Below, in pieces: positions 23,834-36,005 of a stretch of 64,000 nt of DNA (position 1 is the stretch's first letter; every line of letters begins with the position of its first letter). A program made the position numbers and the translations under genes. This DNA comes from Squalus acanthias. Lineage: Eukaryota. The notes beneath the pieces were generated by a model. The model did not search any database. It had not been told where the DNA came from and worked only from the letters and a program-made list of their open reading frames with translations. The stretch spans positions 248,001-312,000 of the forward strand of contig JASTWF010000332.1 in assembly GCA_030390025.1 (NCBI GenBank), written 5' to 3'.

Positions 23834-24573
23834 GGTCGTAACCTTGCTGGAAAATTAATGGCATGCTAATGATGCACACCCTTATTAAAGTGCAAATCGG
23901 CCAGCAAGTTCAGGGGATTAATAGCTACGCTGAGCGTTGTGAATCTGCAGGACTTGTTGCTCGATTTACACCGCTCCGAACAAACAGTATCGCACCCTTA
24001 GCCTACCCCCTCCGCCCCCGTTATTTATAAGAACTTGCTGGATTTGCACATTAATTGCCCATTGAACTCGCCACAGAAAGTATGGGCTTGAACTTAACAG
24101 CATAAGTATCTTTTTAACATGATAATTGTTGGTTCAATGCCAATCAACCTCTTTGATCCAGAAAGGGAACTATATAAACGGTTCACTCTCATTCTGGCAT
24201 GTAGTAAATTGTTAAAGAATTTTAAAATGTCAAATTTAATTTTTTTTCTCCTTACTATTCCTTTCTCTCTTAATCCAATCTTTCTTTCCTTTTCTTTATT
24301 TCTCTTTCTGTACCTGATTTGGCTCTAATTCACCCTATCCCCTTCTCCGTTGTTCTCGCCTCAATCCTTGAATCTCATTGGTTAGGGAGATAGACTGTTA
24401 GTCCCGCCGTTCACCAAGTTCCCAGATGCCCCGGTGCCCTCGCTATGCCGTTATCAGCTCACATATCCAGCAACTTATGGCGCAAAAAGAGGCGAGAGCT
24501 CAAGAGTGTGCAGGAAAATGTCTAAACTAGCGGCGCATGCCGCGAGATACCCCACTCCAGCAAATTCTGGCCC
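23834..24573. mobile_element. MITE (PIF/Harbinger-superfamily-like), copy 2
   Basis: Imperfect TIRs GGTCGTAACCTTGCTGGA vs reverse complement GGGCCAGAATTTGCTGGA; AAT on both flanks; shares CACCCTTATTAAAG...AAATCGG and TCCCAGATGCC blocks with 13611-14445. Confidence 0.7.
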
Positions 24574-26230
24574 AATAAAGCGTAGACCAAATGGCGGCCC
24601 CATTATGTGCGGGTGTACATGACGCGCGCACCCACGCACGTCACTGCTCTGGAATCATCCGAAACCTGCCAGCAGCAAATGATTCCAAGTTCCTGTCATC
24701 TAGCTGTATACCAGGCCTAATTGACATCCTGGTACTTGGCAGCGTCTCCCCATGATTCAGCAGCCATCAGGAGAAGGTTGGAGAAAAAATGTTCTCGTTT
24801 TATTTCTAAGCCCAAAATTCTTTGGAAATTTTCACAGCGCAGTTGCTGAGTACAAGCTGCCTATAACAATACCATTCTTCACACAAAATGCACCTCAAGG
24901 AAAAGCAATGGCCTTGTCAGTGGCTGAACTATTGCATGTTCCTGCATAAAACAGCAGTCCATGGTTCGGGACACTTGGCAGAGAACTGGTTTATGAGTAA
25001 GCTATTAACTTACCATTGAAATGTGCAGCAGCAGCTAAACTGCTGCAGAAATCAAAAGGGGGAGTTCTTCACATATAGGACTCCAGGGTGACCTGATAAT
25101 GCAGTGGTACACTGGTGTACTAAAGCGTGCAGCACAGATTAGTATTGGGGATACAAAGCAACAATCTCCACGAGTGGAACAGTTCCTCCATCCCACTTTT
25201 CTGCACCCAAAAGTGGATGATGACAGCAATATTGGTAGATGAATATGGGATCAACATCAGGATGTCCTCTGCAGTTGGGTGAAGCAGCACCGCATCAAAT
25301 GACCAAAACAAATTTAAAAGTAGAGAGGCAGATAGAAATGCAATCAGAAAACCAAAGCCCTTTATTTTTAATGTAATAGCACATTTTGTGCTGATTCAAC
25401 TTTTAATATTTTGATCATGGAACCATTTACAACTAAGGGTGCAGAGGTTAAAAAATATGGCGGCTTCAACAGATTACCCCACAAGCAGACTTCAATATGT
25501 GGACTTACAGGAGGGAATGAAAACAATGAATGATTGCTGTGTTTAGGGAACGAGATATGATTGCGCCTGAATTATTCTTGTCTGGTTTTTAATTCCCTCA
25601 AGTTATCCTGAGAAACAGGCTGATGTGACAAAGATTAATGTGTGGTGCATAAACTGCTTCTTTACATATGTGAGCCAAAACGACTAAAGCTCCGACCTTT
25701 GTTGGCGCTGTTTCACCGAATGTATTCCATTCACTGTCCACATTGGCCTTTCTATGTGGTCTGTTTGTCCTTTTGATGGTAAAATAAAGGCCAGCACAAC
25801 CTCGAATGTGCTGTAATACCAGCTGGAAATGAAAACAAAAGGCCTCAGGGCAAGATCGGAGTGATGCCAACAACTTGGCTTAAATATGCCCCTCTACACG
25901 TCACCAAAAAAAAATTACTGAAGTATGAATTCAAACTGAATTTTCATTTGAACCATTACAGTAAAAAGGACAACAGTCTTAAACATAACACAGCAACATC
26001 TGTTTCCACTTTTCCAAATTATATACAGAAGTGCAAGGGGTTTCCAATAGCCTCTTCATGTCAGGTGTGATTGTCCTGCATACAGCCAAGCCTGAAGTCA
26101 ACAGCTGAGTTTCTGGAAAGCTTCAATCGACGGAAACAAGGCATTTTGTCCATATGTTTACAGGAAAGAGCAGTACCAGTTGAGAGGCCCTGTAACCCAG
26201 GACATGACTGGCCATCAGCAGAGCTGGTAT

Positions 26231-26440
26231 TAGGGTTGCCAGCTTTGGTTGGATGTAGTCCTGGGAGATTTCATCACATGACCTCTTGCCTCCAACTTCC
26301 CCACCCAGTCAAACAGCCTTTCCCCAAACCCCCCCATCTCTAATAATTTTATAATTAACAAATGCATTCAAAGAAAATTAAAAAGAAAACATTTTTAATA
26401 AATAAATACAATCCAAAGAACAGGATTTTCCCTCCAATCA
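26231..26440. mobile_element. Possible hAT-type non-autonomous element, left end only
   Basis: Starts TAGGGTTGCCA, a typical hAT terminus; no matching right TIR found. Confidence 0.35.
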
Positions 26441-26829
26441 AGATACCTACGCAATGGGTCAACTTCATAACGCAGGTTAAGAGGAGGAAACCGAGAGGAG
26501 ATAAATCAAGTGGGGGGGGTTTAAGATCATGCCGACTTTGGATTTTAAAAGCCTTTTAAATTTCACAAGCAATGCTCCAGTTGCTAAGGGGATGTGAAAT
26601 TTTGACAGCGAGAAAGGTAGTCGGAAAGGGGACTGTGCATCTAGTCTTGATTCCAATACAGTCAGGATACAAGGCTGAGGAAGAGCATGCAAGACAAGAA
26701 ATGGAGAATTTAGGAGGAACAAGATCAGTTAAGAGAAGCAATAAATATAGTGATATTGGAAGACAAAAAAAAAGGGAAAGTAAAATGAAACAGAAAATGG
26801 GAGAGGAAGGCAAAAAAAATCAAGCTAAA

Positions 26830-27222
26830 GAAGACAGAACTTGCATTTAAATAGCACCTCATCACATCCTCAGGACACCTCAAAACACTTTACAACCAAT
26901 TAATTCTTTTTAGTATGCAGTCACTGTTGTTCTGCAGGCAAACTTGGCAGGCAATTTAAGCACAGCAATGCCTGGAAAGCAGCATATGAATGACCAAATA
27001 ATCTGTTCTTGGTGATGTTGAGGGAGGAATGCCAGCCAGGACAACTTCCCATTTATCTTCAAATAGTGCCATAGCATCTTTTACATCCACCTGAGAGGGC
27101 AGATGGTGCCTCAGTACTGCACTGGAGTGTCAGGCTAGATTTTGTGCTCTCTGGAGTGGGACTGGAACCCACGACCTTCTGACTCGGAGGCGAGATAGCT
27201 ACCACTGAGTCACAGGTGACAC
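26830..27222 (-). mobile_element. DeuSINE, internally deleted
   Basis: Aligns to 3487-3958. Confidence 0.8.
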
Positions 27223-27424
27223 TAACACACGGATATCCTACCTGTAACTCGTAGTAATCCTGTAACTCACTGCTATTCATCTCAAACTACAGCCAAAATC
27301 CCCCTGCACAAGGAGAGTTCAAGCTCCCCAGACAAGGCCATTTTTAACAGGCCTCATCTCTCTCCCATCTCCTTGGACTATGGTTTGGACTCGGGTTGTG
27401 TGTGAAGGTGACAATTCTACATCG

Positions 27425-28422
27425 GATACACAGCACAGAAACAGGCCATTCAGTCCAACCCTCCTCCCTTCTTTCCTCATCTAATTCTATCAGCAAAACC
27501 CTCTATTCCCTTCTCCCCCATATGCTTATCTAGCCTCCCTTAAATGCATCTATACTATTCGCTTCAACCACTCCCTGTGGTAGCGAGTTCCACATCTCAT
27601 CACTCTCTGGGTAAACTGAATTTCCCTATTTGATTTCTTGGTGACTATCTTATATTGATGGCCTCTAGTTTTGCTCTTGCCCACAAGTGGAAACATTCTC
27701 TCTCTATCTACTCTATCAAAACCTTTCATAATTTTAAAGACCTCTATTAGGTCACCCTCAGCCTTCTCTTTTCAAGAGAAAAAAAAAGAGACCCAGCCTG
27801 TTCATCCTCTCCTCGCATTTCTGGTATCATCCTTGTAAATCTTCTCTGCACCCTCTCCAGTGCCTCTATATCCTTTTTATAATATGGTGACCAGAATTGT
27901 ACACAGTATTCAAAGTGTGGTCTAACCAAGGTTCGAAACAAGTTTAGCATTACTTCTCTACTTTTCAATTCTATCCTTCTAGAAATAACCCCTACTGCCT
28001 GGTTTACTTTTTTTAATGACCTGGTTAACCTGTGTCGCTACTTTCAGTGATTTGTGTATTTGTACTCAGATCCCTTTGCTCTTCTACCCCACTCAGATTC
28101 GTATTTTCCAAGTAATATGCGACCTCCCTATTGTTCTTACCAAAATGTAATACCTCACATTTATCTGTGTTGAATTTCATTTGCCAATTATATGCCCATT
28201 CTGCAAATTTATTAATATCTTCCTGTAATTTGTTGTAGTCCTCATCAGTATTGACTACTCCCCCCCGCCCCCCCAATTTTGTCTCATCTGGAAATTTAGA
28301 AATTATGTTTTTGATTCCAAAGTCTAAATTGTTAAAATAAATTGTGAACAACAGTGGTCCCAGCACTGATCCTTGTGGAACACCACTACCCACCTTCTGG
28401 CACTCTGAATAGCTACCCTTTA
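27425..28422 (-). mobile_element. CR1 LINE 3' fragment
   Basis: [45 protein letters not shown]. Confidence 0.93.
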
Positions 28423-28627
28423 CTGGGAGCCTCAGTCAGAGCCGATCTGTACTTGGACTTCACACATCAAAACCGGCTGGTACAGACCGACCGGAACCAA
28501 ACCGAGAGATCGCACAAAGGGCAGCAGGCTCAGTGTTTGAGGTCACTGCTCACAGGGCACATCATCCTACACTCAGCTCAGCAACATTTCTAAACCACTC
28601 CCTGGGCTCAGACTCAAAGGAGAGTTT

Positions 28628-28935
28628 CTATAGAATGATAGAGATTACAGCACAGGAGTCGACCATTCGGCCTCCAGCGGTGCTAGCGCTCTCTCCTGTA
28701 ACCCTACTCCCCCCACCTCCAGATCCTTTTATATTCTTCTTTTCAAATACTATCCTATCCCATTGCCTTTAAACAATGTTCTAGTCTCTGCCTCAATAGC
28801 CACGTGGTGAAGAATCCCATGGTCTAATAGAGTTCAGTTCAAGAAGCTTCCTTCTACCAGTGAGAATCCTCAGTCTGCATCCCCTTGTTCCTCATTCGTC
28901 CACCAGTGGAAACAATCTTTCACTATTTACCCACA
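28628..28935 (-). mobile_element. Old CR1 3' fragment
   Basis: TTACAGCACAGGAG tail; CCCCTTGTTCC...CACCAGTGGAAACA. Confidence 0.6.
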
Positions 28936-29789
28936 GTAAGGTCCCCAGGTTTCACTCACCCCATTACTGGCTGCTCCTCTCTCACTGCATTATTGCTGCT
29001 GCTCCTGGATCTGCAGAAAATGCTGGCTCCCATTCCCACCCCATTTCTCGGTCCCCTTCTCGACCTCCTGCTCGAATCCCGAACCCAAGCCCCAGTCTCC
29101 TTCTCTCCTCCAGATGCCCCACCCCCAAGAGATATTAGTTAACTTCGTTCTTACATTCCTTCTTTCCCCAGAACACAGCAGACCTTTCCCCTGAACTTAA
29201 TGAACACAGGGCAGGGCACACAAAGAGAAAGTTGTGGCATGCTCCATGACTGATCATCCTCTATGAATGTTCTCAATCATAAAAACCTTGGTTCTGTAAT
29301 GACATTTGAGTTATAAAACACATGGGAGGGAAGGGGTGGGGGAGGGAAGAAATAAAAGACCAGAATTTGTTTTGATAGCAGACATGAAGTCCCAGCACAC
29401 TATGAATGAGCAGTAGTCATTTGTACGGCACCCTTCCCATCCAGTGATGATAAAGGACTGACGGTATTTAAATCTAGGGAAGACAATTACAAGGACAGGT
29501 GAATACTTTGAAAGAGGTTGTCAATATTTTGTGTGTGTAAGAGGACCACGTGAACCCTTGAACTCTATTCAAGGTACCTTTAACAGGAAAAACAATGTAA
29601 TTACTTAACAGTGGCTTGTAATATTTGCTAATACAATAATATTGCAAACATGCTAAATGTTAGACAGAAATGGCCGTCGCTCTCATCAACCTTTGTCCCA
29701 GCCTCAATCGCGAGCCTCCGCTCCCGACGTCAATCCCCAAAATACCGATGGTCTTTGCCTCAGTCCCAAAAATACCTCCGCACCCCTCA

Positions 29790-30050
29790 ACCAACTAGAA
29801 GTGCAAGGGTGGCAGGTGCATAGGAACTCCATCATCTCCAAATTCCCCTCCCAGTCACACACCATCCTGACTTGGAAATATATCATCGTTCTTTCATCAT
29901 CGCTGGGTCAAAATCCTGGAACTGCCGACCAACAACGCTGTGGGAGTACTTTCACCACACGGACTGCAGTGGTTCAAGGCAGCGGCCCAACACCACCTTC
30001 TCAGGGATGGGCAATAAATGCCAGCCTTGCTGGTGATGCCCAGAATTAGA
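29790..30050 (+). mobile_element. 3' end of a non-LTR retrotransposon (clade not determined)
   Basis: FPSQSHTILTWKYI...GSKSWN-like coding end, then GGGATGGGCAATAAATGCCAGCCTTG and an A-rich end. Confidence 0.6.
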
Positions 30051-30831
30051 AAAAAGCAAAAAGAGTTTTTTAAATCTTGAAGTTTGGCAACGAATTTTCA
30101 TGTTTTTTTAAAATCCAACTGAACCTTCCAAAGCAAATTTCAATGTATTCATGACTTGATTTGAAAAAAAATCATATTTTAAAAAAATCTCAACTTACAT
30201 TTTTTTGTAAATTAAGGTTTGATTTACAGCACAGCTGAATATGCAAAAAACTTGCATCAATCTCACTCACTACATATATCTGTGATGTAATTGATATAGT
30301 TTCAACATCAGATCCATCACTCATTGGGAAGCTAAATTAAATCAAAGCTGTTCATTTTGTAAATATCAGAGAGAAATGTGCTGACCAAAATGGATCTGAC
30401 ACCACACCTTTGAAATTGAGTTTCAAAAGGCTTCGGTGAAGGCTCAATATGATGCCATTTACTCAGTGTTACTTCATCAGCTCCTGCATGAAGATCTTAG
30501 AAATCTCATTTGAAATATATACGAGTCAAAGAGATTTTTCTAACACCATCTCTCCCTCAAATCCCATATCCAGATTGAAACAGATTTTTTTTTGGGCTGG
30601 ATTTACATACCTGCTCCCAATTAATGGCATCTCCAATTCAGTAGCAACAAAGTGAACAATACAATGCTGCTGCCTACAAAGGAGTTTAAGACCCAGCAAT
30701 TAGAGGTTATTGCCATGAGAACCTTGGAGGCAGACATGTTCTGAGCACTGGTGGGCTGGGCAGCTCAATCCATACATAATGGCAGCGAAGTATCTTTTTC
30801 ATATGTTGGCCTCCTTGTCAATTTGCTAACT

Positions 30832-32701
30832 GTCTTCTTAAACCTCTCTCCCCTCCATACTCACCAACAAGTGCGAGGAGCTCATGGACTTGTTTGTCTC
30901 GAAGATTGAGACCATCCATTCAGCTGCCTCTGCCACTTCCCTTCCTTCCCCTAGCCCACCAGGCCAAACTTCCTCTAAGGCTCCCCCCTGCCCTAGCCCT
31001 GAACTCGCATCTTTCTCCAGTTTCTCTCCGATCTCCCCTCTTGACCTCTCCACGCTCATCTTGTCCATGAGACCCACATCCTGCTCCCTCGACCCTATCC
31101 CTACCAAACTGCTGACCACCCAACTTCCTTTTCTAGCTCCCATGTTAGCTGACATTGTTAACGGTTCACTCTCCTCAGGTACAGACCCCCTCTCCCTCAA
31201 ATCTGCAGTCATCGCCCTTCTCAAAAAAACAACCCTTGACCCCGCTGTCCTTGCAAACTACCGCCCCATCTCCAACCTCCCTTTCCTCGCCAAAGTCCTT
31301 CAACGTGTTGTCACCTCCCAAATCCGTGCCCATTTTTACCGGAACTCCATGTTTGAATCCCTCCAATCCAGTTTCCACCTCTGCCACAGTACCAAAAACG
31401 GCTCTCAAAGTCACAAATGACATCCTTTATGACTGTGACAAAGGGTAAACTATCCCTCCTCATCCTTCTTGACTTGTCTGCAGCCTTTGACATGGTTGAC
31501 CACTCCATCCTTCTCCACCGCCTCTCCACTGTCGTCCAGCTGGGTGGGCCTGCACTCGTCAGTTTCATTCTTATCTATCTAAACGTAGCCAGAAAATCAC
31601 CTGCAATGGCTTCTCTTCCCACTCCAGCATCGTTACCTCTGGGGTCCCCCAAGGATCTATCCTTGGCCCCCTCCTATTTCTCATCTACATGTTGCTCCTT
31701 GGCGACATCATCTGAAAACACTGAGTCAGTTTCCACATGTACGCTGACGACACCCAGCTCTACCTCACCACCACTTCTCTTGACCCCCTGCACGGTCTCT
31801 AAATTGTCAGACTGCTTGTCCGACATCCAGTCCTGGATGAGCAGAAATGTTCTCAATTAATTATTGGGAAGACCGAAGCCATTGTCTTCAATCCCCGCCA
31901 CAAACTCCGTTCCCTAGCCACTGACTCCATCCATCTCCCTAGCATCTGTCTGAGGCTGAACCAGACTGTTCGCAACCTTGGTGTCATATTTGACCCTGAA
32001 ATGAGCTTCCGACCACATATCCGCAGCATAACTAAAACCGCCTATTTCCACCTCCGTAACATCGCCCGTCTCCGCTCCTGCCTCAGCTCATCTGCTGCTG
32101 AAACCCTCATCCATGCCTTTGTTACCTCTAGGACTTGACTATTCTAACACACTCCTGGCTGGCCTCCCACATTCTATCCTACGTTAACTTGAAGTCATCC
32201 AAAACTCGGCTGCCCGTGTCCTAACTCGCATCAAGTCCCTTTCACCCATCACCCCTGTGCTTGCTGACCTCCATTGGCTCCCTGGTTAAGCAACGCCTCA
32301 ATTTCAAAATTCTCATCCTTGTTTTCAAATCCCTCCATGGCCTCGTCCTTCCCTATCTCTAATCTCCTTCAGCCCCACAACCCCCAGAGATATCTGCGCT
32401 CCTCAAATTCTGCCTCGAGTATCCCGATTATAATTGCTCAACCATTGGCGGCCGTGCCTTCAGCTGCTGAGGCCTTAAGCTCTGGAATTCCCTGCTTAAA
32501 CCTCCCTGCCTCTCTACCTCTCTCCTCCTTTAAGACGCTCCTTAAAACCTATCTCTTTGACCAAGCTTTTTTGGTCATCTGCCCTAATTTCTTATGTGGC
32601 TCAGTGTCAAACTTTTGTCTTATAACACTGCTGTGAAGCGCCTTGGGATGTTTTACTAAGATAAAGGCGCTATATAAATACAAGTTATTGATGTTGTTGT
32701 T
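30832..32701 (+). mobile_element. L2-clade LINE, about 1.9 kb, 5'-truncated, with an RT domain broken by stops and frameshifts
   Basis: [49 protein letters not shown] (about 31640), HMYADDTQL (about 31735); tail ending in TTG repeats. Confidence 0.95.
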
Positions 32702-33212
32702 GAGAAAGTTGCAAGATGCAGCTGTACTTGTGCAAGCACGGTCATTGTTCTGTTGTTCCGGCCGCTGTGGACACGATATAAATCATCAGAGTGTATCCAA
32801 AGTCTCAGGACCCCAAGGCAATTCCATTAAACGTCCAACATTTTACCAACTGCAAGAATGCTGGAGAGATGGAACGAGTTTAAAAGCAAAGTCATTAAAG
32901 GGCAATTTTTCCATCCCTGGGTGGGCAAACAGCAGTCATCAGGCTGGCGTCTGATGTAATTTCAGAAGAAAAAAGGCAGCTTCATAAAGGGAAATTTGCA
33001 CAACGGTGTCACGCATCTAGAATTCAAATAAGGTGCAGGGCCGCAATCTTTCATAAAGGCCCCAGCAGATAACCTCTGCAATCCCACTTTATTTTAAACC
33101 CAGGACTGATATCAAGTGAGTCTCTCAATATAGAAACGGTTTAAATGATTTTCTTGTGTCTGCAAATCAAACTAGCAGAGATTGGTTTTGCAGAGGATGT
33201 ATACGGGCTCAG

Positions 33213-33656
33213 TAGAAACATAAAACATAAAAAACATAGAAACATAGAATCTAGGAGCAGGAGTAGGCCATTCGGCCCGTCGAGCCTGCTCCGCCATTCA
33301 ATACGATCATGGCTGATCATCCAAATCCAGTACCCTGTCCCTGCTTTAATCCCCACAATACACATATCCCACCCTACCCCCGTAACCCCACGTATTTAAT
33401 TCCCCCTAACATATCCCATCCTATCCCCATAACCCCACATATTTAATCCCCCCTAACACTAAGGGTCAATTTATCATAGCCAAATCAACCTAACCCACAC
33501 ATTTGGACTGTGGGAGGAAACCGGAGCACCCGGAGGAAACCCACGCAGACACGGGGAGAATGTGCAAACTCCACACAGACAGTCACCCGAGGTCAGATTT
33601 GAACCCGGGTCTCTGGCGCTGTGAGGCACCAGTGCTAACCACTATGCCACCGTGTT
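33213..33656 (-). mobile_element. V-SINE (HE1-like), tail type A
   Basis: Nearly identical to 10495-10928. Confidence 0.9.
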
Positions 33657-34044
33657 CTTTGTAATCTTTGTAAGGGTATCTTTGTAATCATCATTTTATT
33701 AAATTTCTCCATAACCAGTTATTTCATTGCCACTCAGCACCTGGGTCAAACAGCAATAGATCCTGCACCATTACTGAAGATGCAAAAAGGCCAATATAAA
33801 GGCATTTATCTTTTTGAATTTCTGCATCTAGTCGACTCTTATCCTACTTCTGTTTGGCACTGGACCGAACTGAGCTCCCGAGAGACTTGAAGATAGGCTG
33901 CAATGCTACTGAAGCTCAATAAACGCAATAATACTTCATCAAATTACAGTCCAGTGTATGCAGGAGGTGAAGGGGCAGGTTGGAAATTGGCTGTTCAGAG
34001 CCAAAAGCCTTCATTGCAAAAGTTTTGATCTCTTCCCCCCCCAC

Positions 34045-34392
34045 CTCACCTCACCTCCCCTCCCCCATTTTTGACAAGAACCTGTCTGGTTCCTTCATGT
34101 AAACTGATTTCTTGCTCCACCACCCGTGGCAATGACCTGCTGCACACACTTACCACCCTTTCAGTAAAAAGGTTACTCCTGCATTTCCTGTTGCCGTCCT
34201 TAATCTGCAAATATTTGCTTAAATTCTGTACACGGCAGAAGAGTTTACTTGGATCCAATTTGTCCAAACCTTGCATAATTTTAAACACTTCCACCCTATC
34301 CCTCTTCAGTCTTCTCTATGCATGAGAAAAGACCCAGGATCGTCAATCTTTCCTCAAATGTCATTGCCTTAAGCTCTGGGATCACCCGTGTG
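34045..34392 (-). mobile_element. Old CR1-like fragment
   Basis: EVFKIMQGLDKLD...FTERVVSVCSRSLPRVVE. Confidence 0.7.
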
Positions 34393-34419
34393 GCCGTTAA
34401 AAAACTCAGCAACAGACCA

Positions 34420-35125
34420 TCGATGTACATTCAGAAAGAGAAAAGACATCAAGATGCTGCAGCACTTGCCCTCTCCGAGGGGGGGGAATGCTCAATTTAA
34501 CAAGCTGCTGAAGTGGATGGAGCTCTGAAATTGTTGAAAATGATAAGAAAGGCTGCCTGGTACAAGGGATGATGTGGCACCCCTGTTTAGTTGGTACCCT
34601 CTGCAATAGCATTGTGGATCGATATTCAAGGGAGATTGCGTTTTTATACCACTGCATAAATGAGGGAAGTGATGAAATGCAGAGTTCACTCAAACAGCAT
34701 TTAAAACCACGAGGATGCCTTTGGAGAACTAGTGAAGTGATTCACTGGTCTCTGACAAGCAAGGACGTTGAGACATTAATATCCAGGTGTGATTTATGCA
34801 AGCAGTTTCAAGCTAAATAGTAAAACGGAACTGGTTGTTCGCCACCAAATACCAGAAAGGCCCTGGCAGAAGATAAGGTGTGATCTGCTTGAAAAGATTT
34901 ATGGTTGTTACTCAGATTTCTTTGAAATTGATTTGACTGATTAAAGAGAGAAATAACTCACAGCCAAGATGAAAGCTCATTTTGCGCATCGTGGTATTCC
35001 AAATGAGGTTAAATCAGATAATGGGCCAGCACACAACTCGAGGGAATTGCAAGAGTTTGAGTTTGACTTCACCAACTCACCAAGCTGTCAAGGTGGAGAA
35101 CATGGTTAAAATTGCTCGTTTGCCA
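34420..35125 (+). pseudogene. Ty3/Gypsy LTR-retrotransposon pol relic (integrase zinc-binding domain + catalytic core)
   Basis: Hand translation: GSIFKGDCVFIP; HLKPRGCLWRTSEVIHWSLTSKDVETLISRCDLCKQFQ; HQIPERPWQKIRCDLLE; YSDFFEID; KMKAHFAHRGIPNEVKSDNGP; KVENMVKIA. Confidence 0.85.
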
Positions 35126-35167
35126 GGAGCGTCTGCATGAGGCTGCCACTGACCCTTTCCTCACCAG

Positions 35168-35482
35168 ATCACAGAATCACAGAATCCCCACAGTGCAGAT
35201 AGAGGCCATTTCGGCCCTTCGAGCCTGCACCGACACATATCCCACCCTATCCCCGTAACCCCACGTATTTAATCCCCCCTAACACTCAGGGTCAATTTAT
35301 CATAGCCAAAATCAACCTAACCCGCACATCTTTGGACTGTGGGAGGAAACCGGAGCACCCGGAGGAAACCCACGCAGACACGGGGAGAATGTGCAAACTC
35401 CACACAGACAGTCACCCGAGGCCGGATTCGAACCCGGGTCCCTGGCGCTGTGAGGCAACAGTGCTAACCACTATGCCACCGT
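35168..35482 (-). mobile_element. V-SINE (HE1-like), tail type B
   Basis: Nearly identical to 23429-23742. Confidence 0.9.
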
Positions 35483-36005
35483 ATGTGCCAGACATCTAGG
35501 TTCAATGTGGAGAGTCAGTGTTTTGGGGCTTGATCTGCATTCATGGGTGAAAATTGGCAGAGATAGCGCCCCTCTTCCCTCAATGCTGCTCCTAACAGTC
35601 CAGTAAACTGCATGAGTAATTCCAGCTACTGCATACCGTGGGCAGAAATCACTGTTCTCATGAGAAATTCCTCCTGTGGTATGGAGCAGCCAGAATTAGT
35701 TCAGGTAGCAGGGGATATAGGTAGGTGCAGGGCTGAGGAAAGAGGAGAGGGTGGAAAAGGGGGCAAGAAGATGAAGGAGGAAGTCAGAATCAGTGCTGGG
35801 GGAAGGGTGTTGGGGGGTGGGAAGAGAGAAAGGGGACAGAAGTGGTAGGAAAATATCAGTAATAAAAGTGTGGATGGATGTGGAGGTGGAAAGAGTGCCA
35901 ACATGAAGAGCTAGGCAGGAGAGTGCATATGGACACGGGGGACTTGGAAGGGGCAAGGGGAAAAGCTCAAACGGGGAAAGAGATGGGGAAAGACAATTGT
36001 CAGGT

